A stretch of 64,000 nucleotides of DNA from an uncultured Clostridia bacterium (GTDB lineage: Bacteria; Bacillota; Clostridia; TANB77; CAG-508). Under the pieces are notes generated by a model. That model saw only the letters and a list, made by a program, of their open reading frames with translations, had not been told where the DNA came from and searched no databases. Location of the stretch: contig CANRMM010000001.1 of assembly GCA_947631745.1 (NCBI GenBank), forward strand, positions 1,367 to 65,366. Direction: 5' to 3'. Shown piece by piece: positions 53,721 to 64,000 of the stretch (the stretch's first letter is position 1; the number at the start of each line of letters is the position of its first letter). Both the position numbers and the translations under genes were made by a program.

Positions 53721-55370
53721 CTACTTATTCTCAACAATTTTCACAATTTGATTTTCTAATTCTTTTAATTTTTCTTTAATTTTCATAATTTCTTCATCAC
53801 TTGTATCATTCATTAGGTATTCTTCTTTTACAATGCTCTCCATATCTTCTATTTCTTCTTTCAACGTCTTCATTCTGTCAAGAACATCTAACCTCAAGTA
53901 TTGTTCTTTTGCATTATCTGTTACAATTCCAGATAACTTAATCTCATCTTTTAGTTCATAAGTTTCTCCATAAGAAGGAATAGTAACTTTGATTCCTGTT
54001 TCTGCTTGGATTTTATCCCTTAAAACAATTTGACCTTCTGGTTCTCCATGAACCAAGAAAATATGTTGTGGTTTTGAAATAAATGAATAAATAAAGTTCA
54101 TTAACCATTCCTGATCTGCATGTCCAGAATATCCTTCAATATATTCTATTCTAGCATTTACTGCAATCTCTTCTCCAAATATTTTTACAGTCTGAGCACC
54201 ATCAACAATTTTTCTTCCCAAAGTTCCCGGAGCCTGATATCCAACAAATAAAATTGTACTATTAGGATTCCATAAATTATGTTTTAAATGATGTTTAATT
54301 CTTCCTACTTCACACATACCACTAGCTGAAATAATAATTGCTGATTCATTCTTTTCATTTAGTTCCTTAGATTCATCTGCTGTTCTAGTAAATTCTAATC
54401 CTGGAAACTCCAATGGATTATCTCCACTCTTTATAATAGCCTGTGTTTCATCATCAAATAAATCCATGTTTTCACGAAATACCTCAGTTGCTGATATAGC
54501 AAGTGGACTATCTACATACACTGGAACCGTCATCAATTTTTGATATTTTTTATAAAAATCATCATCATGTTCTTCATCTTTTATCTTATTTAGCTCATAT
54601 AAAATTTCCTGAGTTCTACCAACAGCAAAAGATGGAATAACAACTGTTCCTCTCTTTTCTAAAGTTTCGTATATAATATTTAAAAATAAATTAGCTTTAT
54701 CATCATTTCTTAAATGAAGTCGATTTCCGTATGTTGATTCCATAACTAAATAATCACAATCATCAATCATCGTTGGTGATGAAAGAAGTGGAATATCGTT
54801 ATTTCCTAAATCTCCTGTAAATACAATTTTCTTTTGAACACCTTGTTCCTTTATCCATACTTCAATAATTGCTGATCCAAGCATGTGTCCAGCATCATTA
54901 AAACGAACATGTATATTTTCACTAATTTCTATTAATTGATCATATTGTACAGGTTGAAAAATTTCCATTGACTTTGCAGCATCTTCAGCCGTATATAATG
55001 GTGGTAATTCTTTTTCTCCCTTTCTCTTTCTCTTTCTATTTCTCCACTCAATTTCTGCTTCTTGAATATGACCACTATCAGGAAGCATAATCGCACATAA
55101 ATCACATGTTGCTTTTGTTGCAATAACAGGATTTCTATATCCTTCATTATATAACTTTGGTATTCTTCCTGAATGATCAATATGAGCATGGGTTAACAAC
55201 ATAAAATCAATTTCATTAACATCAAACAAAAATGGTGCTGCATTCTCTAATTCGTCTACTGCTGAACCCTGATACATTCCACAATCTACCAAAAATTTTT
55301 TTCCAGCTCCTTCTACTAAAAAATTAGAACCAGTTACTGTTTTTGTTGCACCTAAAAAAGTAATTTTCAT
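53721..55370 (-). CDS. MBL-fold beta-CASP RNA-metabolising hydrolase (CPSF/TTHA0252-like) with a C-terminal coiled-coil extension.
   Basis: ITFLGATKTVTGSNFLVE...LVDCGMYQG...HAHIDHSG. 549 aa. Confidence 0.6.
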   Translation of the reverse strand: MKITFLGATKTVTGSNFLVEGAGKKFLVDCGMYQGSAVDELENAAPFLFDVNEIDFMLLTHAHIDHSGRIPKLYNEGYRNPVIATKATCDLCAIMLPDSGHIQEAEIEWRNRKRKRKGEKELPPLYTAEDAAKSMEIFQPVQYDQLIEISENIHVRFNDAGHMLGSAIIEVWIKEQGVQKKIVFTGDLGNNDIPLLSSPTMIDDCDYLVMESTYGNRLHLRNDDKANLFLNIIYETLEKRGTVVIPSFAVGRTQEILYELNKIKDEEHDDDFYKKYQKLMTVPVYVDSPLAISATEVFRENMDLFDDETQAIIKSGDNPLEFPGLEFTRTADESKELNEKNESAIIISASGMCEVGRIKHHLKHNLWNPNSTILFVGYQAPGTLGRKIVDGAQTVKIFGEEIAVNARIEYIEGYSGHADQEWLMNFIYSFISKPQHIFLVHGEPEGQIVLRDKIQAETGIKVTIPSYGETYELKDEIKLSGIVTDNAKEQYLRLDVLDRMKTLKEEIEDMESIVKEEYLMNDTSDEEIMKIKEKLKELENQIVKIVENK

Positions 55371-55382
55371 AAATCCTCCATT

Positions 55383-56909
55383 TTAAACAAATAATTTGAA
55401 TTTTCTTTTTATTTTGATATGACTTACTTCTAATTTTGTCTCCTTTTCTAACATATTCGCATCATAGTATTGTAAATATAAAGTTCCATCTTCATATCTA
55501 CAAGCAATATTTGCCTTTTCCAAATCAATCATTTTTGAATTAAATATTTCTTTTAGCACTTGATAAGTAAGCTCTTGATCCTCACTAAAGTTTTCCCAAA
55601 TTTTATTTTGCTGTGCTTTTTTTATAATTAACTTTATTATAGATTCAAAACTGCTATTAAGTTCCTCCATATCATTTAACTTTTTCTTATCATCTATTGG
55701 AAGAAAACAATAATAACGAAGCCTATAAATCCAATCAACGATGTCATCTCTATCCTCTAATAATTCAATTTCCCTTTCTGCCTTTTTCAATACTAATTTG
55801 CAAAACTTAACAATTAAGTTTTTAATTTTATTTGGCTTTTCTAAATCTAAGTGCTTTAAAAATAGCGCTTCTTTTCTTCTCTTTTCCTTTTCTTTAATAA
55901 ATTCTTTAGGTTCCAAAACTCTATTAAATTCTTTTATTTCTTCTAAAATGCTTTTTCTCTCTTTATCAAGTCTATCTGCTAGATGACTAATACTAAATAT
56001 TTTTTGTTTATTTGGCAATTTTTCATTTCTTTTAGCATACTCTTCTCTTAATAAAGTAGTATTGTTCACAATCCTATCAATATTTTCTATCTGTGCTACT
56101 GCTTCTTTTTTTCTATCTGTTATCGATTTAACAAATAACTCTTTATTTTGAATCAGTTGATATCCTTCATCTTTCTCTTGTTTCATTTTAATCAACTTTT
56201 CAGTTTCTTCTTGCCTCGTTCTTAGATATTCCTTCATAATTACTTCATAGAATGCCATTAGTATTTCTTCTTCGTCTTTAGAATCTTGTAGTTCAAAAAT
56301 ACTTTCTTCCATTTCGTCTTCTACTACAACATCCATATTCATATAATCAATACCAATTCCATAGAGAAATACTAAAGATTGATACACAATATTATATGAA
56401 ATATTTTCAATTTCATTTACGCTAATATCCCAAGACCACCCATTAAAATCACGTATCACTTCTACCTGATTCATATTATTTCCAATTTTCATAGCCTCTT
56501 GAATTGCTTCTTTAACATAAGCATAAGTAGGCTCGTATTCTATATCTTTTTCACCCATATACCATATAGCAGATAATAAAGATTTTTCATTAGGATAACA
56601 CAAAATCTTTCCTTTTTCGACATCTACTATTTCCTTTTGATTATAATCTTGTTCTACATCTGTTTTAATAAATTCAATCTCATAACACTTTTCCTTAATA
56701 ATTTGTAATACATACGGAATAAAGTCTTTTTTCGTAAGAACTTCTACTTTAACTTTTTCATAATCTTTATAAGTTGTTTCTATTTTATACAGCATACTTA
56801 ATAAGATATTTTTCACATCTAGTGAAAATAACTTATTATCTAATATTTTTTCTAACTCATTATTATAATCTTTTATATTCAATTTAGAAAAAATTTTTCG
56901 TGATTCCAT
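55383..56909 (-). CDS. Hypothetical protein, 508 aa, Lys/Glu-rich, no recognised family.
   Basis: Long ORF with coding-like composition, tightly spaced with the neighbouring genes. Confidence 0.4.
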   Translation of the reverse strand: MESRKIFSKLNIKDYNNELEKILDNKLFSLDVKNILLSMLYKIETTYKDYEKVKVEVLTKKDFIPYVLQIIKEKCYEIEFIKTDVEQDYNQKEIVDVEKGKILCYPNEKSLLSAIWYMGEKDIEYEPTYAYVKEAIQEAMKIGNNMNQVEVIRDFNGWSWDISVNEIENISYNIVYQSLVFLYGIGIDYMNMDVVVEDEMEESIFELQDSKDEEEILMAFYEVIMKEYLRTRQEETEKLIKMKQEKDEGYQLIQNKELFVKSITDRKKEAVAQIENIDRIVNNTTLLREEYAKRNEKLPNKQKIFSISHLADRLDKERKSILEEIKEFNRVLEPKEFIKEKEKRRKEALFLKHLDLEKPNKIKNLIVKFCKLVLKKAEREIELLEDRDDIVDWIYRLRYYCFLPIDDKKKLNDMEELNSSFESIIKLIIKKAQQNKIWENFSEDQELTYQVLKEIFNSKMIDLEKANIACRYEDGTLYLQYYDANMLEKETKLEVSHIKIKRKFKLFV

Positions 56910-56938
56910 TCCCTCTCCTCTTTTGTTTTCCTAATAAA

Positions 56939-59422
56939 TTATCCTGCTTCCTGATTATCTGTGCCACTCATTTTTAGTTCTTCCCATCTTTCCTTTGGCA
57001 TCAATACTTCACGAGGTTTACTTCCCTGAAAACCTGAAATAATTCCTCTCTCTTCCATCTGGTCAATAATTCTTCCTGCCCTTGCATAACCTACTTTGAA
57101 TCTTCTTTGAATAAAAGATGTAGATGCTTGTCTAGTTTCCACAACAACATCTATTGCTTCCATTAGCAATGGATCTGTCCCATCATCTTCTTCAACTGCT
57201 TGCTCATCTAATTCTTTATCTGTACTATTATTCTTCTCAATTTGCTCAATAATATCTTCATTATACGTTGTATTACTATTGTTTTTAACAAAATCAACAA
57301 TCTTTTCTACTTCCTTATCAGATACAAAAGCTCCCTGAATTCTTGTAGGTTTTGGTGCACCAGAAGGATAGAATAGCATATCTCCTTTTCCAAGTAACTT
57401 TTCTGCACCAACCATATCCAAAATAGTTCTTGAATCAACTTGTGATGAAACTGCAAATGAGATTCTAGATGGAATATTTGCTTTAATAATACCTGTAATA
57501 ACATCAACAGATGGTCTCTGAGTTGCAATAACAAGGTGCATACCAGCAGCTCTTGCCATTTGAGCTAATCTACAAATAGCATCTTCTACATCCTTTGCTG
57601 CTACCATCATTAAATCTGCCAACTCGTCAATAATAATAACAATTTGAGGTAACTTTCCAGCTCCACCTTCACTATCAATTGCTGCATTATATCCTTTAAT
57701 ATCTCTTACATTTTTATTAGCAAATAAACTATAACGATTTACCATTTCCTGTACTGCCCAAGCTAAAGCTCCAGCTGCCTTTTTAGGATCCGTAACAACA
57801 GGAATTAATAAATGTGGAATACCGTTATACACAGAAAGTTCAACAACTTTTGGATCGACCATAAGAAGTTTTACTTCACTTGGTTTTGCTTTATACATAA
57901 TACTTGTAATTAATGTATTAATACATACACTCTTTCCAGAACCAGTTGCACCAGCAATTAAAACGTGTGGCATTTTTGCAATATCTGTAACAACTTCCTT
58001 ACCACCAACATCCTTTCCCAATGCAAAAGCAAGTTTTGATTTGTGTTCTGAAAAAGCCTCGCAGTCAATAATGTCTCTTAAAGGTACTATCTCATTTTCT
58101 TTATTTGGAACTTCAATTCCAACAGCTTGTTTTCCTGGAATTGGTGCTTCTATACGAATCGTCTCAGCTGCTAAACTTAATGCAATATCATCTGCCAAAT
58201 TTGCAATTTTACTAACTCTTACACCTTCAGCCGGTTTTAATTCATAACGAGTAATTGCTGGACCTACTGAAACATTTTCCACTTTTGCAGAAACTCCAAA
58301 ACTATATAATGTTTTTTGAAGTCTCGTTGCTGTATCTGCTACTGCTTTTTTACTATTTTTAGCTTTTTTCTCTCCCTCGCTCATAAGCTGAATAGGAGGA
58401 AAATCATAATTTTCGTCTTCAACCGTCAAAGTATGCTCTAATTGTAAGACTTGTTTTACTTTTTCTTCTTTTGTCTCTTCTTCTGTCTTAAATAAATTAG
58501 ATTCCAAATAATCTGGATTCATTTCTTCTTTTTCGTTTTTCTCTTCTCTTTCTTCTTTTGGCTCTTTTCCTGATTTTATCTCATTACTTCCTCTTTTTAT
58601 ATTAAACGGAATTAAATCATCAATTGCATAATTAGCTTTTTTATCATTTTTCCCATCTACAGCTTTTTCATCATTTAAATTAATAGTCAACTGATCAGCA
58701 AGTTGTTCAGCCTGCCTTCTTTGCTCTTCTTTTTCTCTTAATCTTTTCTCTTTTTTCGTTTCTTTTGCAATTGGCTTTTCATCTTCATCATCATCAAGTT
58801 CTATACTGCCTATAACTTTTCGATTTGTTCTTCTTTCTTTACGTTCTTCTTCCCTTTCTGCTCTTCTATCTTCTCTATTTTCACGAGCATTTTCCATAAA
58901 TCGTGCAATAATTTCTGCCGGTTGTATTCCAAAAATAAATATAAGAAATAAAATAGCAACTCCAACACATAAAATAGATGTTCCAAATTCTCCTAAAAGT
59001 TTTATTAACGGATATGCCACAATTGTACCAATAGCACCTCCGCCGACATTTTTTTCACCTAAATAATATCCTTGCTCTACCATTTTTGAAAAATCTTCTG
59101 ACACATCTATATTTTCATTAGAAATTTGAAATACGCTAAGTACTGTACAAATACACACAATAAAAATTCCATATTGCACTAATTTTGAAAATAGATAATC
59201 CCTATCTTCATATGCCATATATAAACCAATAAGAAATGTTCCTATTGGTAAAATATATTTAGTAATTCCCATAATGCCTCCTAGCATTGGGCTTAAATGC
59301 TCTCCTATGTATCCTGATTGAGTATAAATAAGAATTGCAAGTAAAATACTAATCAAAAGCATTCCTACTACTGCAACATTGACATCAATTCCTCTTTTTT
59401 TAGACTTCGCTCTCTTTGCCAA
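56939..59422 (-). CDS. ftsK: DNA translocase FtsK/SpoIIIE.
   Basis: 827 aa. N-terminal TM helices, Walker A AGATGSGKS, C-terminal gamma-domain wHTH. Confidence 0.9.
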   Translation of the reverse strand: MAKRAKSKKRGIDVNVAVVGMLLISILLAILIYTQSGYIGEHLSPMLGGIMGITKYILPIGTFLIGLYMAYEDRDYLFSKLVQYGIFIVCICTVLSVFQISNENIDVSEDFSKMVEQGYYLGEKNVGGGAIGTIVAYPLIKLLGEFGTSILCVGVAILFLIFIFGIQPAEIIARFMENARENREDRRAEREEERKERRTNRKVIGSIELDDDEDEKPIAKETKKEKRLREKEEQRRQAEQLADQLTINLNDEKAVDGKNDKKANYAIDDLIPFNIKRGSNEIKSGKEPKEEREEKNEKEEMNPDYLESNLFKTEEETKEEKVKQVLQLEHTLTVEDENYDFPPIQLMSEGEKKAKNSKKAVADTATRLQKTLYSFGVSAKVENVSVGPAITRYELKPAEGVRVSKIANLADDIALSLAAETIRIEAPIPGKQAVGIEVPNKENEIVPLRDIIDCEAFSEHKSKLAFALGKDVGGKEVVTDIAKMPHVLIAGATGSGKSVCINTLITSIMYKAKPSEVKLLMVDPKVVELSVYNGIPHLLIPVVTDPKKAAGALAWAVQEMVNRYSLFANKNVRDIKGYNAAIDSEGGAGKLPQIVIIIDELADLMMVAAKDVEDAICRLAQMARAAGMHLVIATQRPSVDVITGIIKANIPSRISFAVSSQVDSRTILDMVGAEKLLGKGDMLFYPSGAPKPTRIQGAFVSDKEVEKIVDFVKNNSNTTYNEDIIEQIEKNNSTDKELDEQAVEEDDGTDPLLMEAIDVVVETRQASTSFIQRRFKVGYARAGRIIDQMEERGIISGFQGSKPREVLMPKERWEELKMSGTDNQEAG

Positions 59423-59555
59423 GTAAATTCCTCCTTTTGCTTACGTTTCACTTTATATTTTTATTCAATTTTTAGTGATAAAAAATCTCTTTTATTATAT
59501 CATAAGACATCAAAAAAACAACAAAATCTTCTAAGATTTTTGAAAAACAAAACTT

Positions 59556-59606
59556 AAAAATAGAAGTCAGAAATCAATTATTTTATTGATTTTCCTCTGA
59601 CTTCTA
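59556..59606 (-). terminator. Rho-independent terminator after ORF 59626..60063.
   Basis: Roughly 18-bp imperfect stem TAGAAGTCAGAAATCAAT/ATTGATTT(tcc)TCTGACTTCTA plus T-run on the minus strand. Confidence 0.55.
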
Positions 59607-59625
59607 TAATGATTTCTATTACATC

Positions 59626-60063
59626 CTATTTCAATTCTTTTCTGTTATTTTTTATAATTTTTAATGCATCTTCTAATGCAACTTCAATACCAGCCAAAAC
59701 ACCATCAGCGTACTCTTCAGTTCCACTTTTAATTTCTCTTGACATTTCATTTGCAGTTTCTATAATTTCCACTTTTTTTTCATAAGCTTTACGTGTAATT
59801 TCATGTTCATCAATCATAGATATAATTCTGTTTTCGGCCTCTTTTATAATATCATTAGCTTCATTATTTGCTTCTACCAAAATACGTTGTCTTTCTTCTT
59901 TAATCCATTTTGCTTGTTTTAATTCATCTGGTAATTTAAGTCTAACCTCTTTAATTAATTCTAAAACTTCTTCTTTATCAACCACACACTTGTTAGAAAA
60001 AGGAACACTTTTACTTTTTTCTAATATATCTTCTAATGTTTCCAATAAAGTAAATATTTCCAT
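59626..60063 (-). CDS. Hypothetical coiled-coil protein (145 aa).
   Basis: ORF immediately downstream of rsmD, in the place where coaD is usually found. Confidence 0.4.
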   Translation of the reverse strand: MEIFTLLETLEDILEKSKSVPFSNKCVVDKEEVLELIKEVRLKLPDELKQAKWIKEERQRILVEANNEANDIIKEAENRIISMIDEHEITRKAYEKKVEIIETANEMSREIKSGTEEYADGVLAGIEVALEDALKIIKNNRKELK

Positions 60064-60067
60064 AACT

Positions 60068-60628
60068 TTACTCCTTTCGATTTAAGAAAATGAGACTAGC
60101 TCTTCCATATTTTCTTAAATCATAAACGTCTATATCTAACGTTTCTAATTCTTTCAATTCCCTTACTTCATTATCTGTTTCAATAATAATAATTCCATAT
60201 TTTTTTAGTAAGTTCATTGATAAAATTTGTTTTGTAGCCTCCACTGCTATATTTTCTCGATAAGGAGGATCAATATATATGATGTCAAATGATATTTTTT
60301 TATCACTTAGTTCCTTTAAACAATCCTTATAATCTTTTTCAAAAAGAAGTGCCCTATCTAAAAATCTAGTTTTTGTAAGATTATGATATATCATATTAAA
60401 TGCTTGATGCGACTTTTCACAAAAATATGCTTGATGACATCCTCTGCTAATACATTCAATTCCTATTGCACCACTTCCTGCAAATAAATCTAAAACATCA
60501 CTATTCTCTATTTTACTTTGAATGATATTAAATAATGATTCTTTTACACGATCTAATGTAGGTCTCGTTGAAATATCATCGATAGAACTTAATTTTGTTC
60601 CTCTTGCCATTCCACTTATAACTCTCAC
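60068..60628 (-). CDS. rsmD: 16S rRNA (guanine966-N2)-methyltransferase RsmD.
   Basis: 186 aa. SAM motif LDLFAGSGAIGIE and DPPY. Confidence 0.8.
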   Translation of the reverse strand: MRVISGMARGTKLSSIDDISTRPTLDRVKESLFNIIQSKIENSDVLDLFAGSGAIGIECISRGCHQAYFCEKSHQAFNMIYHNLTKTRFLDRALLFEKDYKDCLKELSDKKISFDIIYIDPPYRENIAVEATKQILSMNLLKKYGIIIIETDNEVRELKELETLDIDVYDLRKYGRASLIFLNRKE

Positions 60629-60806
60629 AGCTACCTCTACTTAAAAATTTACTTATATTTTATAATGAATTATCAATATGTCAATAGTATTTACACAATT
60701 GTAATATAGTCTTAATACAATTGTAACACTGTTACTTTTTTGTAACAAACATTTAGTTGTCATAAATTATATACCAAATAATATAAAATGTAAATATTCT
60801 TTCTCC

Positions 60807-60839
60807 AAAAAATACAAGCGACTTTTTTCAAAAGTCGCC
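60807..60839 (-). terminator. Rho-independent terminator of divIVA.
   Basis: GCGACTTTT/AAAAGTCGC stem plus T-run on the minus strand. Confidence 0.6.
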
Positions 60840-60847
60840 TTATATTT

Positions 60848-61297
60848 CTAATCTTTATTTGCTTCTTTTAGTAATTCCAATTGTGATATTAACAATGATT
60901 CCATTTTTGCTTTATACACATCAATTTGCTTTTTCAAATCTTCTAACTCTTTTGTTTTCAATATTATCTGTTGGTCTAATTCAGACGCAGCCCTTCTAGC
61001 CTGTGCCTGCGCTTCTTGTATCATTTGTTCCGATTGCTGTTGTGCTACTTTTTTTATCTCTTCTGCTGTTCCTTGTGCCATTACTAATGTATTTTGAAGA
61101 GTTCCTTCTAATTTTTTATATTTTTCTAAACTTTCTTCAAGTTCCTGTATTTTACTTTTGTCATCATTTGATTCTTTGTACAATTTTTCATAATCTACCG
61201 TTAATTCATCTAAGAATTCGTCAACTTCATCAACGCTATAACCATTCATCATTTGTTTTGCAAATTTCTTATTTTCTATATCCAATGGTGTATACAT
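60848..61297 (-). CDS. divIVA: Cell-division protein DivIVA. Start at MYTPLDIENKKF.
   Basis: N-terminal DivIVA lipid-binding domain motif, then a coiled coil. Confidence 0.85.
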   Translation of the reverse strand: MYTPLDIENKKFAKQMMNGYSVDEVDEFLDELTVDYEKLYKESNDDKSKIQELEESLEKYKKLEGTLQNTLVMAQGTAEEIKKVAQQQSEQMIQEAQAQARRAASELDQQIILKTKELEDLKKQIDVYKAKMESLLISQLELLKEANKD

Positions 61298-61339
61298 AAC
61301 TTCTCCTCCCAAATTTATACATGAACTTTTTTACATCAT

Positions 61340-61825
61340 TTAATTATTATTTCCATTTTTTATCCAAGAAACTGATAATTTATTTTTTATTTCTTCTCTT
61401 GCCATATCATTAGTAATATCATAATTGTATGGTGCAACTAAAAATATAGAATTAGACACTTTTTGTAAATTTCCGTCTAAAGCATGTACCGCTCCACTTA
61501 CAACATCAACTATTCTCCTAGCAATATCCTTATTAACATATTCTAGGTTAACAATAATTGATTTTTTTTCTTTTAATAGAGTACAAATACTCTCTGATTG
61601 CTCAAATGTAGTTGGTTGACATATAACCATTTTAACCTGTTGAGTTTGTGGCATATTTACCACTTTATTGTTCTTTCTTCCCCAAGGTCTTCTTTCTTCC
61701 TCTTCTTCTGTTTCTTGTATATCATCATCATTTGAATAATCTACTTCTTCATTTTCTTCTTCCAAATCTCTTTCAGGTTCTACTCCTAATAGTCCCCATA
61801 CCTTTTCCATAATAGCTCCAGCCAT
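61340..61825 (-). CDS. sepF: Cell-division protein SepF.
   Basis: Acidic N-terminal region, conserved SepF C-terminal domain (VICQPTTFEQSESICTLLKEKKSIIVNLE...). Confidence 0.8.
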   Translation of the reverse strand: MAGAIMEKVWGLLGVEPERDLEEENEEVDYSNDDDIQETEEEEERRPWGRKNNKVVNMPQTQQVKMVICQPTTFEQSESICTLLKEKKSIIVNLEYVNKDIARRIVDVVSGAVHALDGNLQKVSNSIFLVAPYNYDITNDMAREEIKNKLSVSWIKNGNNN

Positions 61826-61968
61826 TCTAATAACCTCCTATAAACTTATTTGTCCTTAGTTTTCTTGCATATAGTATCTAACTTTTTACTTTTCTTGTCA
61901 AGCCCTTTTTTGTTTTGTTACAATTTTTTAACATAAATGTAATATTTCTGTAATATTTTTGTAATATT

Positions 61969-63264
61969 CTATGGACTTTTTAAAATTTCATCATACAAAG
62001 TAAGTCTTCGCTTATATACATCATCATTTGAAGTATATCCCAACTCTTCTAAGTCTTCCGTCGTGTAATTTTTTACAATAGAATATCTTTCATTTGACCT
62101 TAATACTTGTATCAAGATTTTATCTTGATATCCTGCTCTCAATCTAATAACATACGAAACTTGTTTATCACCCTTTTGTTCCGTTACAATAGCTGAATTT
62201 GGTATTTTTTTCCCTGTATCACTCCACCAAATAATTTGAAAAGAAATTTTTCGATAACTAATAAGCTCTTCCACACATCTTTCTATCTCAAATACTATAA
62301 CATACTGGTTGTTTCCTTCATCTGCAATATAAGCAATTTCAGCCGGTATTTCATTTCCACTTGGTAAACGCAATTTTACTCTTGTCCCTATTTTTGCATC
62401 CTTCGCATATTTTGTTCTAATAGCAGTTGCTATATAACATTCATAATTGTCAATTACTTTTCCACTTTCTTCATTAGCAGCAATAATTTGTCCGGTTTTT
62501 AAATTCAATCCTTCTAAAAAGTCTTTTGTTATATATTTAAAGTCTCCTGGTTTCAAAATCTCTTCATATCCATCCACACGGTAAGAAACCATTCCACTAA
62601 TAGGTGATTCTAAATATTCCGCTCCTTCATTTAATTTATTTTCGTACTCTTTTCTTTCATCAACCAATTTTTTTAAATATGAACCTACTGGGCTATATTC
62701 TCCTGCTATTTTAGCTTTTTTTGTAATATAATTATTAATGTCCTTTTTATATTCTTGTATTTTTATTAAATCACTTTCTTGATAAATCATATCTAATCTA
62801 TCTGTTATCTGATCTTCCAGTGCTTTAATATCACCAGGGTATAACTCTTTTAACTCCTTTTCTCCTTCCATAGCTACATCTATTTTTTCATCCAATTCTT
62901 GTATTTTTTTAATAAGATTTTCTTCTCCATTAGAATAATATCGAAAAATAGGTTCTCCCTTAGCTACTCTCTCTCCTTCCGTCTTTATCTGAGACATTCC
63001 GTTCTTATAATTTTCACCTTTGATAACAGTCTCATCTCTAATAATATATCCCACTGCACTTTCTTCTTGATATATTTTTCCCTGTTCTACCAAAAAAGTA
63101 TCTGTTGGATTTTGAAATAATTGAATCATTAATTGTAAAATATAAATTAAGATGCATGCCAAAATAAGCATAACAAAAAATTTTCTATGCTTTAAAAGAA
63201 TCTGTTTGATTTTACTATTAGATTTTTTATTTTTCTTCACATTCACTTTTGTTTCTTTTTTCAC
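61969..63264 (-). CDS. Membrane-anchored coiled-coil protein, HlyD-like (tentative).
   Basis: 431 aa, single N-terminal TM helix, coiled coil, beta-rich C-terminus. Start overlaps the miaA stop. Confidence 0.35.
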   Translation of the reverse strand: MKKETKVNVKKNKKSNSKIKQILLKHRKFFVMLILACILIYILQLMIQLFQNPTDTFLVEQGKIYQEESAVGYIIRDETVIKGENYKNGMSQIKTEGERVAKGEPIFRYYSNGEENLIKKIQELDEKIDVAMEGEKELKELYPGDIKALEDQITDRLDMIYQESDLIKIQEYKKDINNYITKKAKIAGEYSPVGSYLKKLVDERKEYENKLNEGAEYLESPISGMVSYRVDGYEEILKPGDFKYITKDFLEGLNLKTGQIIAANEESGKVIDNYECYIATAIRTKYAKDAKIGTRVKLRLPSGNEIPAEIAYIADEGNNQYVIVFEIERCVEELISYRKISFQIIWWSDTGKKIPNSAIVTEQKGDKQVSYVIRLRAGYQDKILIQVLRSNERYSIVKNYTTEDLEELGYTSNDDVYKRRLTLYDEILKSP

Positions 63265-64000
63265 CTTTTATTATATTCCTCCAAAATAATGTTAATATTA
63301 TTTTGTATATTATCTAATCCATCTAGCCATATAATATTTTCATATCTCCTAAACCATGTCATTTGCCTTTTAGCATATCTTCTTGATTCTTGTTTAATTT
63401 TATCTACCATTTCCTCTTCTGTACAATTTCCATTAAAGAAATCTACTACTTCTTTGTATCCTAATCCCTGCATAGCAGTTGGATATTGACTATATTTTTC
63501 GCAAAGTAATTGAACTTCCTTTACCAATCCATTTTGCATCATAATATCAACTCTTTTGTTAATTCTATCATACAAAATCTCACGGTTCATTTGAATTCCA
63601 AATAATATATATTCATACTTTGGACCTATTTTTCTAGATTCTATTTCTTGTTCAGTTTTTGTTTTTCCAGTTGCCTTATAAATCTCTAAAATACGAAAAA
63701 TTCTTTTTTTATCATTTCTACTAATTTTATGAGTTGCCTCACTATCAATTTTTTCCGCTTCCTCATATAAATAATCAAGCCCTTTTTCTAAAGCAATTTT
63801 TTCCAATTCTTCTCTATATTGCAAATTAACCTCTATATCATTATAATCAATCCCATAAATTAATGAATTAATATATAAACCTGTTCCGCCTACCACAATT
63901 GGTACCTTATTTTCTTGAAAAATAGTATCAATTGCATCTATTGCATCTTTTTTATAGTTTGCCACGCTATATCGTTCTGAAGGAGAAATACAATCAATTA
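63261..64000 (-). CDS. miaA: tRNA dimethylallyltransferase MiaA. The 5' part lies beyond the window end.
   Basis: KVPIVVGGTGLYINSLIYG and downstream MiaA similarity. The frame stays open to position 64000; the P-loop region is not in the window. Confidence 0.8.
   Translation of the reverse strand, partial: IDCISPSERYSVANYKKDAIDAIDTIFQENKVPIVVGGTGLYINSLIYGIDYNDIEVNLQYREELEKIALEKGLDYLYEEAEKIDSEATHKISRNDKKRIFRILEIYKATGKTKTEQEIESRKIGPKYEYILFGIQMNREILYDRINKRVDIMMQNGLVKEVQLLCEKYSQYPTAMQGLGYKEVVDFFNGNCTEEEMVDKIKQESRRYAKRQMTWFRRYENIIWLDGLDNIQNNINIILEEYNKR

Noticed and set aside
54932-55189. ORF 54932..55189 (EIEREREREKK...) inside the beta-CASP gene.
   Set aside because: Alternative frame of a gene with clear MBL/beta-CASP motifs. 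Spurious.

Overview
This 64-kb window comes from a low-GC Firmicute, most likely class Clostridia: about 28% GC, SpoVT, DisA and SepF/DivIVA present, Clostridia-type gap-pgk-tpi-gpmI-eno order. Almost every gene is on the minus strand. Conserved housekeeping blocks make up most of it. They are the glycolytic operon, spoVT, comFC-recD2, the alpha/spc/S10 ribosomal-protein super-cluster (rplQ back to rpsJ), the rimP-nusA-ylxR-ylxQ-infB-rbfA-nrnA-truB operon, mutS2, ppiB-disA-radA, ftsK, rsmD, divIVA-sepF and miaA. A tRNA-Gln(CTG) is also present. Accessory content sits between these blocks. (1) Four copies of a roughly 65-125 bp REP-like repeat built around GTGACA-N4-TGTCAC palindromes. Two of them flank, in inverted orientation, an IS200/RAYT-like Y1 HUH transposase. 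The other two are solo copies at synteny breakpoints and supply the last codons of truB and of a GH15-like gene. (2) A pair of recently duplicated paralogous genes for secreted proteins with a prepilin-like N-terminus, a shared roughly 160-aa domain and unrelated C-termini. One has a GC-rich foreign C-terminal module. It is followed by a recombination scar and a degenerate tandem Hint/BIL-domain cassette whose first catalytic Cys codon is TGA. (3) A second family of mosaic 45-60-nt stem-loop repeats inserted into ribosomal-protein intergenic regions and upstream of tRNA-Gln, with a partial tRNA duplication. (4) An orphan DUF600/YezG-like immunity gene inside the glycolytic operon. (5) A stand-alone KAP-family NTPase. 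(6) A compositionally foreign (about 45% GC) secreted-protein gene with its own promoter, leader hairpin and terminator. (7) A (TG)12 microsatellite between divergent promoters. (8) A frameshifted ylxR. All calls rest on reading the sequence by eye and on motif recollection; no database search was run.
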